64,000 nucleotides of DNA from Lentisphaeria bacterium (GTDB lineage: Bacteria > Verrucomicrobiota > Lentisphaeria > JABSQK01 > JAWLHB01). Below, one piece after another: positions 9,961 through 19,191 of this stretch. The notes beneath the pieces were generated by a model that saw only the letters and a list, made by a program, of their open reading frames with translations, did not search any database and had not been told where the DNA came from. The stretch lies in NCBI GenBank assembly GCA_041690595.1, contig JAWLHB010000021.1:1-64000 (forward strand). Direction: 5' to 3'. A program made the translations under genes and the position numbers. Positions within the stretch are counted from its first letter, which is position 1. The number at the start of each line of letters is the position of its first letter.

Positions 9961-10245
9961 ATGACCAAACGTGACCTGGTTTCGCGTATTGCGACCGAAA
10001 CCGACATCAATCAGCAGGACGTGAAAATGGTGGTGCAGCGGGTATTCGATCATATCATGAACGAGCTTGCGGCCGGCCGCGGCGTCGAGTTGCGTAGCTT
10101 CGGCATCTTCACGGTCAAGCAGAGACAGGACAGAATCGGCCGAAATCCCGCCAGCCCAGAGGATGAGGTCCCCATCCCAGGGCGCGCCGTGGTCAAGTTC
10201 AAACCCAGCAAGGCCATGCGCGAAAAAGTCGCCAAGCTGATTTGA
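9961..10245 (+). CDS. HU/IHF family nucleoid protein
   Basis: MTKRDLV, VELRSFGIF, RIGRNP, IPGRAVVKFKPSK. Confidence 0.95.
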   Translation: MTKRDLVSRIATETDINQQDVKMVVQRVFDHIMNELAAGRGVELRSFGIFTVKQRQDRIGRNPASPEDEVPIPGRAVVKFKPSKAMREKVAKLI

Positions 10246-10312
10246 AAGTTGCTGCGCCGGAAGTACGTTGCTCCCCTGAAGGGGTCATTCGCGTGCATTC
10301 CCCTTCCACTAT

Positions 10313-10338
10313 GCGGCCCTTTATCCGGCCGTTTTTTT
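10313..10338 (+). terminator. Putative intrinsic terminator after the HU gene
   Basis: gcggcc-ctttatcc-ggccgt followed by a T-tract. Confidence 0.55.
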
Positions 10339-10384
10339 CATTCTCCCCCACATCCACCACCTTTTGCCTCCCTTGGAGATAGCC

Positions 10385-11662
10385 GTGGAGACGCGTAGTT
10401 CCGAACCACTGCCGGGTACAAGCGATTTGTTCGCTGACGAATGTGCCGCATGGCGCCTCCTCGAAAACGCCGCTCACCACCTCTTTCCCCTCTACGGTTA
10501 CGGCGAACTGCGAACCCCCATTTTCGAGCGTACCGAAGTCTTCCTGCACAGCATCGGCGATGAAACCGATATCGTGCAGAAAGAAATGTACACCTTCGAA
10601 GACCGCGGCGGCCGCAGCCTCACCCTCCGCCCGGAAGGCACGGCAGGTGTGATGCGCGCCCTGGTCAATCAGGGCTTCTCGCAAGGTGAAGAAAAGCGCG
10701 TCTACTATCTGGGCCCCATGTTTCGCGGCGAACGCCCTGCAGCTGGCCGCAAACGCCAGTTCCATCAGGTCGGCACCGAATGCGTCGGCAAAATCGCGCC
10801 GGAGATCGATGTCGAGACCATCGCCATGCTCATCGCCTACCTGAGCGCCGTTGGCATCGGGCCGTCGCACACGCAACTGCGCATCAACAGCCGCGGCGTC
10901 GCCGAGGACAGGATACCGGTGGCTGAAGCCCTCCGCGAGCATTTCACCAACGTCACCTCCAGCCTGTGCGAAGATTGTCAGCGGCGATTGACCACTAACG
11001 TGTGGCGCATACTCGACTGCAAGATCGAGAGCTGTCAGCCCTTCATCAATGCCGCACCGTCGACTACCGAACTCCTGGGTCAGAGCAGCCGCGACTACTT
11101 CGCCGAAGTCTGCGCCGGGCTCGATGCACTCGGCATCGCCTACCACGTCGATCCCCGACTCGTACGCGGCCTTGACTATTATGCCCACACCGTCTTCGAG
11201 ATCGTCTTTGACGGAATCGGAGCGCAGAATTCCATCGCTGGCGGCGGCCGCTACCAGATCCTGCCTCCGGGTGCGACCACGCCGGTCGACGGCGTCGGCT
11301 TTGCGGCGGGGATGGAACGCCTGCTGCTCAGCCGGGATCAACTCGGCGCCGCTGCCTCCCCGGCCGAACAGGTCGATGTCTACCTCGTCAGCATGGGCAA
11401 GGCCGCCATGCGACAAAATTTGTGCCTGGCCGCGCAACTGCGCAGCCGCGGCGTCAGCGTCCTCATGGATCTCGAAGGGAGGGGCATGCGCGCCCAGATG
11501 CGCGCCGCCAACAAGGTCAACGCACCCTATACCATGATCCTGGGCGAAAGCGAGCTGCAGCAGGGAGTCATCCTCTGCAAAAACATGACCACCTCCGAGC
11601 AGGTGGAACTGCCCATCCCGGAGGCTCCCGCCAACCTGGCTGCCAGGCTCGGCCGGAGTTAA
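10385..11662 (+). CDS. hisS: Histidine--tRNA ligase
   Basis: KEMYTFEDRG, LRPEGTA, GPMFRGERP..GRKRQFHQVG, LVRGLDYY, GGGRY, anticodon-binding domain; GTG start after ggag. Confidence 0.97.
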   Translation: METRSSEPLPGTSDLFADECAAWRLLENAAHHLFPLYGYGELRTPIFERTEVFLHSIGDETDIVQKEMYTFEDRGGRSLTLRPEGTAGVMRALVNQGFSQGEEKRVYYLGPMFRGERPAAGRKRQFHQVGTECVGKIAPEIDVETIAMLIAYLSAVGIGPSHTQLRINSRGVAEDRIPVAEALREHFTNVTSSLCEDCQRRLTTNVWRILDCKIESCQPFINAAPSTTELLGQSSRDYFAEVCAGLDALGIAYHVDPRLVRGLDYYAHTVFEIVFDGIGAQNSIAGGGRYQILPPGATTPVDGVGFAAGMERLLLSRDQLGAAASPAEQVDVYLVSMGKAAMRQNLCLAAQLRSRGVSVLMDLEGRGMRAQMRAANKVNAPYTMILGESELQQGVILCKNMTTSEQVELPIPEAPANLAARLGRS

Positions 11663-11670
11663 TCGCGCCC

Positions 11671-12648
11671 ATGGCTGACCACGCGCCCCATTTCCGGACC
11701 CTGGTCAAGCCGGAAACACCGCCCCTCGCACTTCCGCTGGACACGCGCTTCCTCTTCATCGGCTCGTGTTTCAGTGAAGAAATCAGTGCCCGCTTTCGCA
11801 CTGCCGGCCTGCCCGCAGCGTCCAACCCCTTCGGTATCCTCTATCACCCCTTCGCCATCGCGCGGTGCCTCCAGCACCTTCGCAACGACCGCGCCTGGGA
11901 CCCTGAAGAGTTGGTGCGGCACGACGACATGTGGCACAGCCTCGATCACCATGGAAGCTTCTCCCGCCGAAGTCGCGAAGCATGTCTCCAGGCGCTGGCC
12001 GAATCCTTGCGGTGCGGCACGCACATGCTGCGCCAATGCCAGGTTCTGGTACTCACTCTGGGCAGCGGCTGGGTCTATCATCATCTCCAGCGGGATCAGC
12101 CCGTTGCCAATTGTCATCGCCTCCCCCCGGAATCCTTTGCCCGCCGCCTCACCCACGCCACCGCTATAGCCGATGTACTCGGCCGCGAAATCACCGCCCT
12201 CCACGAAACTCTGCCTGAGCTGCGTCAGATCGTCCTTACGGTAAGCCCGGTGCGCCATCTGCGCGATAGCCCCGCCGGAAATCAACTCGGCAAAGCGCAT
12301 CTCATCGCCGCGGCCGCTCTCCTGGTTGAGCAACTACCCCATACGCACTACTTCCCCGCATTCGAGATGATGATCGACGATCTGCGCGACTATCGCTTCT
12401 ATCGCGATGACAAGGTTCATCCTACCGATCTTGCCGTCGATTACATCTGGGGACATTTCCGCCGCTGGGCATATACCGGCGAGATCGAGACCTACTGCGA
12501 CCACCGTGAGCAGCTCATGCGCCGCCTCCAACACCGCCATCGTGAGCCGGATTCCGCTGCCGCACGCGCTTTCGATGACGCCACCCGCGAGGCCGTTGAC
12601 CACTTCCTCACCACCTATCCCTTCGCCGCCTTGCCCATCCGCAGTTGA
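11671..12648 (+). CDS. GSCFA domain protein (SGNH-like)
   Basis: IGSCFS, NPFGILYHP, VANCH, TVSPVRH, DDLRDYRFY..DKVHP. Confidence 0.9.
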   Translation: MADHAPHFRTLVKPETPPLALPLDTRFLFIGSCFSEEISARFRTAGLPAASNPFGILYHPFAIARCLQHLRNDRAWDPEELVRHDDMWHSLDHHGSFSRRSREACLQALAESLRCGTHMLRQCQVLVLTLGSGWVYHHLQRDQPVANCHRLPPESFARRLTHATAIADVLGREITALHETLPELRQIVLTVSPVRHLRDSPAGNQLGKAHLIAAAALLVEQLPHTHYFPAFEMMIDDLRDYRFYRDDKVHPTDLAVDYIWGHFRRWAYTGEIETYCDHREQLMRRLQHRHREPDSAAARAFDDATREAVDHFLTTYPFAALPIRS

Positions 12649-12673
12649 CAAGCGCCGGCCCGGCCGTCAGATT
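12645..12673 (+). promoter_or_regulatory. Putative sigma70 promoter
   Basis: TTGACA-N17-CAGATT upstream of ATG 12723. Confidence 0.4.
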
Positions 12674-12722
12674 ACTGCCATACCCCCACGCCCCAACCTT
12701 CTCCCATTCCCGGACCGGCGAC

Positions 12723-13667
12723 ATGATTCTCTCCATCTCGACACACTGGAATGCCGGCCGCCACGAAAGGGGAGAGAGCATTGTCGATGAAGTCTTGAAC
12801 CTCGGCTTCACGCGCATCGAACTTGGCTACAATCTTCACAGCTTTCACCTGCCCGGCATCCGCGACAAAGTGAAAGGCGGGGAGGTGCAGGTCACCAGCC
12901 TGCACAACTACTGCCCGGTGCCACGCGAGGCCGGCGTCGGTCACCCGGAATGGCACACGCTCGGCGATCCCCGCGAATCATCCCGGCGGAAGGCCATCGA
13001 ACATACCGCCAATACCATTCGTCTGGCCGGCGAACTTGGCGCACAGGTCGTCGTCATCCACTGCGGAAACATCCGTATGCGTGATTATTCCCGAAAGCTG
13101 CGTGTACTCTTTCGCGCCGGCAAACGCTACACGGAGAAATACGAGCGCATCAAGCTCAAGGCCGTTATGAAACGCGAGAAGAAGGTCAGGCAGCACTTGG
13201 CCCATGTACTGGACGGCCTCGCCCGCTTACTGCCCGTCCTGGAAAGCAGCAACGTCGTACTCGGCTACGAAATCCTGCCTACCTGGGAAGCGATCCCAAA
13301 CGAACTCGAAGTCAGCGCCATTGCCAAGCACTTCAGCAGCCGCCACATTCGCTATTGGCACGATACCGGCCACGGCCAGATCCGCGAGATCCTCGGCTTC
13401 AGCAATCACCTCAACTCCCTTGAACTGGCATCCCCATGGCTGTGCGGCATGCACGTGCATGATGTCACCCCTCCCGCTGAGGATCACGTCATGCCCCCCA
13501 ACGGGCTGATCGACTTCCAGCGCTTCGCCCGCCTCGCCAGACCTGAGCTGCCATGCGTTCTCGAACCGGCCCCATCTCTTGACGCCAACAGCGTCCTCGT
13601 CGGCGCCCGCCACATCGAGCAGGCATGGTTCCCCGCCGCTTCCGAAAGAACCGTCACCTCAACATAA
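12723..13667 (+). CDS. Sugar phosphate isomerase/epimerase (xylose isomerase-like TIM barrel)
   Basis: SLHNYCP, VVIHCG, YWHDTGHG, MHVHDV, DHVMP..GLIDF, VLEP. Confidence 0.85.
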   Translation: MILSISTHWNAGRHERGESIVDEVLNLGFTRIELGYNLHSFHLPGIRDKVKGGEVQVTSLHNYCPVPREAGVGHPEWHTLGDPRESSRRKAIEHTANTIRLAGELGAQVVVIHCGNIRMRDYSRKLRVLFRAGKRYTEKYERIKLKAVMKREKKVRQHLAHVLDGLARLLPVLESSNVVLGYEILPTWEAIPNELEVSAIAKHFSSRHIRYWHDTGHGQIREILGFSNHLNSLELASPWLCGMHVHDVTPPAEDHVMPPNGLIDFQRFARLARPELPCVLEPAPSLDANSVLVGARHIEQAWFPAASERTVTST

Positions 13668-13691
13668 TTACCGCAAATAGCGGAATTATGG

Positions 13692-13720
13692 TTGACAGCC
13701 TGATGCGGATGCGATAGATT
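13692..13720 (+). promoter_or_regulatory. Sigma70 promoter of the polysaccharide export locus
   Basis: TTGACA-N17-TAGATT, immediately preceded by an inverted repeat at 13663-13690. Confidence 0.65.
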
Positions 13721-13871
13721 GCAATCAGACAGTTGCTCTAATTTTTCAGGGTCGGACATGGATTCCGTCAAACCCTGATCACTGGTAGTTGAGACTTGTG
13801 GGCTATCCATAGCCTCTTTTGAAGCTGAAAAAGAACGCTTTGTTGGGAAATACCATAAAAGGAAGAGAATC

Positions 13872-14345
13872 ATGAGCAAGCTGAGTAGTCATATTCTGGT
13901 TGGTGTGCTGATGCTCGCCGCTCTGGGCGCGGCGGCGAAAACCGTGAGTGAAGCCGTCGATGGTTCCCTGATCGTCAAGTTCTTCGCGGCTAATAATGAT
14001 CTCTACCGGGTCGAAACCTCCACTCGCACTGGCGATACGGCTTTCGAAACCCTGATTACCGATGCCAACGGCACCATGCTTGGCAAGGTTGAGCGGGTGG
14101 CCATCAGCGTCATGCAAAACACGGACGGCACCACCACGTACGTCACCCGAAATACCAGAACCGATGCTCACGGCAACTATCTGCGTACGGACTACTCCAT
14201 CATTATTGCCGATGAAGATGGCAAATTGGCTCAGATTACCGATTTGGAAGGGCTCAGAGATGCTTCCGACCTGTCGGTAAGATCCTTGCTTGATGATCGC
14301 GATTTCACGCCGCTTACCGTTGGCGGCGATCTCAACGACAACTGA
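13872..14345 (+). CDS. Hypothetical secreted protein
   Basis: SD aaggaag; signal-peptide-like N-terminus ending AAA; Thr/Asp-rich mature part. Confidence 0.7.
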   Translation: MSKLSSHILVGVLMLAALGAAAKTVSEAVDGSLIVKFFAANNDLYRVETSTRTGDTAFETLITDANGTMLGKVERVAISVMQNTDGTTTYVTRNTRTDAHGNYLRTDYSIIIADEDGKLAQITDLEGLRDASDLSVRSLLDDRDFTPLTVGGDLNDN

Positions 14346-14398
14346 GTTGCCGTCCACTTTACGAGCGTACAGCAAGAACATTAAAGAGGGGCTTGATC

Positions 14399-15703
14399 AT
14401 GCGGGTATGTTGTTTATTGACCGGAATGCTGGTGATGCTTGGAGTGCCAGCACTAGCTCAGGAGTTGTCACTCGGGGGTATCGACATGCGGCGCGAGACC
14501 GACGTGTTGACGCCCGAAGAGCGGGACTACAACGTCATTATCGGCGACCTGTCGCTTGAACTCTGGTATGTCGGCGAACTCAAGTACGATGACAATGTCA
14601 ACCTCGCCTCTGGTATCGCTCCATTCGAAGAGGAAGATGCCACCGTTCTCAGCAACGGACTCAAAGTCGATGCCGATTACCCCGTCACCCCCTTCCTCCG
14701 CTTGTCCGGTGACATTTTCATCGAATGGCTGTGGGCACTTGACGGCGACCACCGCGACGGCATCTACCTCAGCAGCTCCGATCTCCTCGACGATCAGTAT
14801 GCCTCCATTGCTCTCGACCTGCTGATGACCGATCAGCACCTCCTCACCCTCGAAGAGAAGATCAGGCGCGAAAAGGATATGGTCGATCTGAGCCTGCACG
14901 ATACCAACGCCGATCTCGCCTACTGGGAGAACATCATCGGCCTCCAGTACGAGTATGCCATCACGCCCCTCGTCGAACTCGGCCTGCGCGTCGAGCGGGA
15001 AGATGTATGGGCCGACGACAAGCTCTTCGAGTTCCTCGACAGTACCACCTATCGCTACAGCGGTAAGATCTCGTACCAGGCAAACCGCAACTGGAAGATC
15101 GAACCCTTCTACAACTATGAAGATACAGAGTTCGACAACTGGTACTATCCAGAACAGCAGCAGAATGACCAGATCAACGGCAACAATGACTACGAGCAGC
15201 ATGAACTCGGTGTCTATACCGAATACAAGCTCTCGGACACCTTCATCATTTCCGGTAGCATTGGTTACGAATGGCTCGATTTTACCATCCGAAACAGCTG
15301 GGAAGCCACCGATGATTCCACTGATGGTGTCTTTGGCAGCATTGGCATTGCTCAGGAAGTATCAGACGTTTTTCGTCATTCCGCCACCTTTGCTGTCGAT
15401 CGCGATGGTTCCGTTCAGCCTGACGCCAATTACGCACTCGAATACGTGACCGTCTATTCCGCCGGCTGGCAGTTCGCCCCAGACTGGGTGCTCCAGGGAC
15501 GTGCCGCATGGACGCATCGCAATGAAAGCGACGAGGGCGAAGGGACTTCTGATCTTTTCCAGGAAGAGGTAGTTCTCAACTATCTACTTAACGCGCAAAC
15601 GACTGTGGCGGTTTGGTATCGCAGGGCGGATCGCGACTCCGACATACCAAATCGTGAGTACGAGCGGAACATGGTCGGGCTGCAGTGGATCTACAAGTTC
15701 TAG
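14399..15703 (+). CDS. Outer membrane beta-barrel protein associated with polysaccharide export
   Basis: Signal peptide, YDDNV motif, alternating aromatic strands, C-terminal VGLQWIYKF barrel signal; directly upstream of the OPX gene. Confidence 0.8.
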   Translation: MRVCCLLTGMLVMLGVPALAQELSLGGIDMRRETDVLTPEERDYNVIIGDLSLELWYVGELKYDDNVNLASGIAPFEEEDATVLSNGLKVDADYPVTPFLRLSGDIFIEWLWALDGDHRDGIYLSSSDLLDDQYASIALDLLMTDQHLLTLEEKIRREKDMVDLSLHDTNADLAYWENIIGLQYEYAITPLVELGLRVEREDVWADDKLFEFLDSTTYRYSGKISYQANRNWKIEPFYNYEDTEFDNWYYPEQQQNDQINGNNDYEQHELGVYTEYKLSDTFIISGSIGYEWLDFTIRNSWEATDDSTDGVFGSIGIAQEVSDVFRHSATFAVDRDGSVQPDANYALEYVTVYSAGWQFAPDWVLQGRAAWTHRNESDEGEGTSDLFQEEVVLNYLLNAQTTVAVWYRRADRDSDIPNREYERNMVGLQWIYKF

Positions 15704-15845
15704 AGTCAACGAGCAAAACCTCAGCCTGCTTCTCTTCGATACGGGTGTTACAACGGCCGCGTTGTCACATCCGTTCGTTGTCTACGTCCATCGAGATAAT
15801 CATCCCCATCCCCCCGGCAGGCTGTATTGCACCTGCCCGCGTACA

Positions 15846-16802
15846 GTGAGCCAAATACATACATCCTTCCCATACTCTCAGCGGCGCTTCGCGCCTCTTC
15901 TTACTCTCGTCACGCTTCTGATGCTTCAGGGTGCCTTCGCTCCTGCTCAAACGGCGGCAGAACCTCCGCCGTCCACCTATTCAGAGGCAGACCAACCCAT
16001 CAGCGCGGGTGACATTGTCGCCATTGCCCTTCAGGAAGACAACGATGTGCGCTACGAAGGCACCATCAACCAGTCCGGCGTGGTCAACCTCAAATACCTG
16101 GGTGATTTTCGCATCGCCGGCATGACCCCACGCGAAGTCGAGAAAGCGTTGAAGACACGGTTCGAAGAGGATCTTTATCAGAGGGCGACGCTATCCGTCC
16201 ACCTGGTCAGCCGTGCGCCAGGCAGTGTTTACGTTTATGGCGCGGTGCAGCGACCCGGCGCATTGGAACTGCCGCTCAACAGTCGTATCACCATCCTCCA
16301 GGCCCTCAGCAAGGCAGGCGGTATTACTGCCTGGGCAAACCCCAGAAACTGCACCGTCACCCGCGCCAACGCCGATGGCGTACGTGAGCAACTGCCCGTC
16401 GACCTCGAGCAGGCTTTCAAGGATATTGGTGGCCAAACCGACAGGGTGCTGCAGAGTGGTGACGTCGTCTTTGTGCCCGCGGCCAACCCTGAAACCATGC
16501 AAGTATTGACTACTGAGCCTTGCGAAGTCATCGTTGTTGGTGAAATCAACGCCCCGGGCATCATCCGCTTTGCCCCCGGTGAGAGTCGCACCATCATGCG
16601 AGCCATCTTCAAGGCAGGCAATTTCACCCGCTTTGCCAAGAAGAGCGAGGTGCGCCTGGTACGCTATTCCGATGGAAACCGCGATGTGCGCTTGGTCGAT
16701 GTCGGCAAGGTTGTCGACGAAGGTTTCATGCAGGACGATGTCGAACTGAAGCCCGGTGACATGATCATCGTGGATCAGAAGCTGTTCAGCTTCTCCAACT
16801 AG
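15846..16802 (+). CDS. Polysaccharide export protein (OPX/Wza family: Poly_export plus SLBB domains)
   Basis: ISAGDIV..INQSGVVNLKYLG..IAGMT, VYVYGAVQRPG, LQALSKAGG, LKPGDMIIV; start uncertain (GTG 15846 chosen). Confidence 0.88.
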   Translation: MSQIHTSFPYSQRRFAPLLTLVTLLMLQGAFAPAQTAAEPPPSTYSEADQPISAGDIVAIALQEDNDVRYEGTINQSGVVNLKYLGDFRIAGMTPREVEKALKTRFEEDLYQRATLSVHLVSRAPGSVYVYGAVQRPGALELPLNSRITILQALSKAGGITAWANPRNCTVTRANADGVREQLPVDLEQAFKDIGGQTDRVLQSGDVVFVPAANPETMQVLTTEPCEVIVVGEINAPGIIRFAPGESRTIMRAIFKAGNFTRFAKKSEVRLVRYSDGNRDVRLVDVGKVVDEGFMQDDVELKPGDMIIVDQKLFSFSN

Positions 16803-16866
16803 ATCCACCACTTTGAACGATTAACGATCCGTTTCACCTCGATCGGTGGAACTGGGACTGAGTCAT

Positions 16867-19191
16867 ATGCAGATTGCCAAGAGTAGCGACAGCATGGATA
16901 CGACGCAACCGGTCACTGCCGGGGCCGCACCCAGGAATCGGGAAAACCAGCCACCTCAGGCTCCCGACCAGTTCGATATTCTGCTTTACCTCAGGGTTCT
17001 GCTGGCCCATTGGTGGGTGGTCCTGCCGATCACCATCGCCGGCACCGCCATCGGCTACCTCATCTGGGCCAACACCCCGCCAATCTACCGCGCAACCTGC
17101 CGCCTCGAAATCCTGCCCAACTTCAAGTGGGGCACCACAGCCGACCTCGTCACCACCAGTTACCGACAGCAATTCCTCGGACGACAGCAGGTCTTGCTGC
17201 AAAGCGACAAGCTGCACGGCGTCGTCACGGAACGTCTCCGCCCTGTATGGGAGTCGAAGCGTCCGCCAAAGGGCAAGAATCCCGAACTCACCATCGCCCG
17301 TGTCGGAGAGGCCTCCACCGCCATGCTGCGCCTCTCAATCGACTCCTTCAGTGCCCAGTATTCAAAGGAATATCTCGACCTGCTTCTGGAAGAATTCGCC
17401 CGATTCCGCTATGAAGAGGCTGCCTCCATGAGCGAGAGCACCCTCAGTGGATTGCGCTCCGAGCAGGCCAACTACGCGAGGCAGGTGCGCGAAAAGAACG
17501 ACGAGTTGGTCGCCTTCGAGGGCGAACATAACCTCTTGTTCGAAGAAAAGAAGGCAAACTCGCATCAGACGCTTCTGGCCTCCATCATCAATCAACAGGC
17601 CCGACTCGCCGCCCAGCGACGCATGATCGAATATCAGTTCTCCTTCCTGAAGGATGCCGACCAGAATCCCGCCATCCTCAATGAAGTCCTCAATTTCGTC
17701 CTCCAGAACGCAGGATTTGGCAGCGACTCCGTCAGCAATATCGAGAGTGATTCCGACAAAAGCGGCTCCGATGCCTCCCCCATTGTCATCAACACCCCAA
17801 GCGCCGCCAGCGAAGGCGTCTCCTCAAGCGATTTTGCCGAATGGCGCGAAAGCGAAGCCCTGATCCTCCGCCTGCAGCATGAGTATGATCACATGCTCAA
17901 GACCTACAAGCCAAGACACCCCAAGATGGTGCTCCTCGAGGAGCGCATCGGAGAGGCACAGCGCAATCTGCAGATCTCCGCCCAGCTCACCCTGAAGCGG
18001 CTTCAGTCCAGATACGAAGCGCTCAAATTGCAGGAGGCGGCCATGGGCGCTGCCGCCGAAGAACTGCGGCAGCATTTCAATCCTAATACCAAGCTCCGCT
18101 CTCAGTACGAAAACCTGCGGGCCGATGCCGAGCGACTCGCCTTCACCAAGTCTGAAATCGACCGACGTATCATGGACTTGCGCTCTTCCGCCGTGGACAA
18201 GGCCCTCACCCACGTCTCCGAGGAACCCCACGCGTTGCGGAGACCGATCTGGCCCATCAAGAGCAAGATCATGACTGCCACTACCGCCGGCGGCGCGGGC
18301 CTCGGCATCGTCCTGGTTCTCAGCCTCTTCTTCCTCAAGTCTCGCTTGTACGACTTTGACACCCTCGAACAGTCCCTCGGCATCGAGTGCCTGGCGGGTA
18401 TCCAGAAGATCTCGCTCGCTCGCAGTAACAAATTGAGTGGTACGCCGATCGTGGTAACCCGCGAACGCAGCAGCATCTTCAGCGAGAGCTTCCGTAATCT
18501 GCGGACAACGATCGAGCACAGCATGGGCAAGGAAGGCAAAATCCTCCTCCTCACCAGCCCTGAGCCTGCCGAAGGTAAGACCTTACTGGCCCTGAATACC
18601 GCCACCGTCTTCTCCTGGAATCATGCTCGCGTCCTGATCATTGACGGAGACTTCCGAAAACTAAGCCTGCGCAAGACCTTCCGGGATGCCCACTCCAAGG
18701 GACTCACCGACGCCCTCAATTCCCCGGATATCTCTATCGAAGAGTGCATCGTCAAATCCCCGCTCCCCGAACTGGCCCCCAATCTGGATTATCTACCGGC
18801 AGGACATCGCAAGGAGACCACGACTGAACTCCTGACCACATCTTCCGTCGGCGAGATCATGCAGAAGCTCCGCGATATGTATGACTTCATCGTCATCGAC
18901 TCCGCGCCGGTCAATCGGGTGGTCGATACCATCCTCCTGGCAAACTATGCCGATGCGGTGCTTCTGGTGGCGCGCTCTGGGCGGACCACGGTCCCGGCCA
19001 TGCGCTATTGCTACAGCCGCATCAGCTCCAATAACGTCCTCGGCTATGTGCTGAACGGCCTGGACCGCTCCTCGTCCCGCTATGGTTATTATTCGTCCGG
19101 CTACTATGGCCAGGCACGATACTACTACCACTCGTATGCCTACAAGGGGTATTACGGCGGATCTTCCACGGACAATAACGCAGACAGCTGA
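16867..19191 (+). CDS. wzc: Wzc/GumC-type polysaccharide co-polymerase with a BY tyrosine kinase domain
   Basis: Two TMs flanking a coiled coil; ESFRNLRT, SPEPAEGKT, IIDGDFRK, VIDSAP, Tyr-rich tail YGYYSSGYYGQARYYYHSYAYKGYY. Confidence 0.92.
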   Translation: MQIAKSSDSMDTTQPVTAGAAPRNRENQPPQAPDQFDILLYLRVLLAHWWVVLPITIAGTAIGYLIWANTPPIYRATCRLEILPNFKWGTTADLVTTSYRQQFLGRQQVLLQSDKLHGVVTERLRPVWESKRPPKGKNPELTIARVGEASTAMLRLSIDSFSAQYSKEYLDLLLEEFARFRYEEAASMSESTLSGLRSEQANYARQVREKNDELVAFEGEHNLLFEEKKANSHQTLLASIINQQARLAAQRRMIEYQFSFLKDADQNPAILNEVLNFVLQNAGFGSDSVSNIESDSDKSGSDASPIVINTPSAASEGVSSSDFAEWRESEALILRLQHEYDHMLKTYKPRHPKMVLLEERIGEAQRNLQISAQLTLKRLQSRYEALKLQEAAMGAAAEELRQHFNPNTKLRSQYENLRADAERLAFTKSEIDRRIMDLRSSAVDKALTHVSEEPHALRRPIWPIKSKIMTATTAGGAGLGIVLVLSLFFLKSRLYDFDTLEQSLGIECLAGIQKISLARSNKLSGTPIVVTRERSSIFSESFRNLRTTIEHSMGKEGKILLLTSPEPAEGKTLLALNTATVFSWNHARVLIIDGDFRKLSLRKTFRDAHSKGLTDALNSPDISIEECIVKSPLPELAPNLDYLPAGHRKETTTELLTTSSVGEIMQKLRDMYDFIVIDSAPVNRVVDTILLANYADAVLLVARSGRTTVPAMRYCYSRISSNNVLGYVLNGLDRSSSRYGYYSSGYYGQARYYYHSYAYKGYYGGSSTDNNADS

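Noticed and set aside
13780..13795. ACTGGTAGTTG resembling the 5' half of a JUMPstart element before the EPS locus
   Set aside because: The ops core GGCGGTAG is absent
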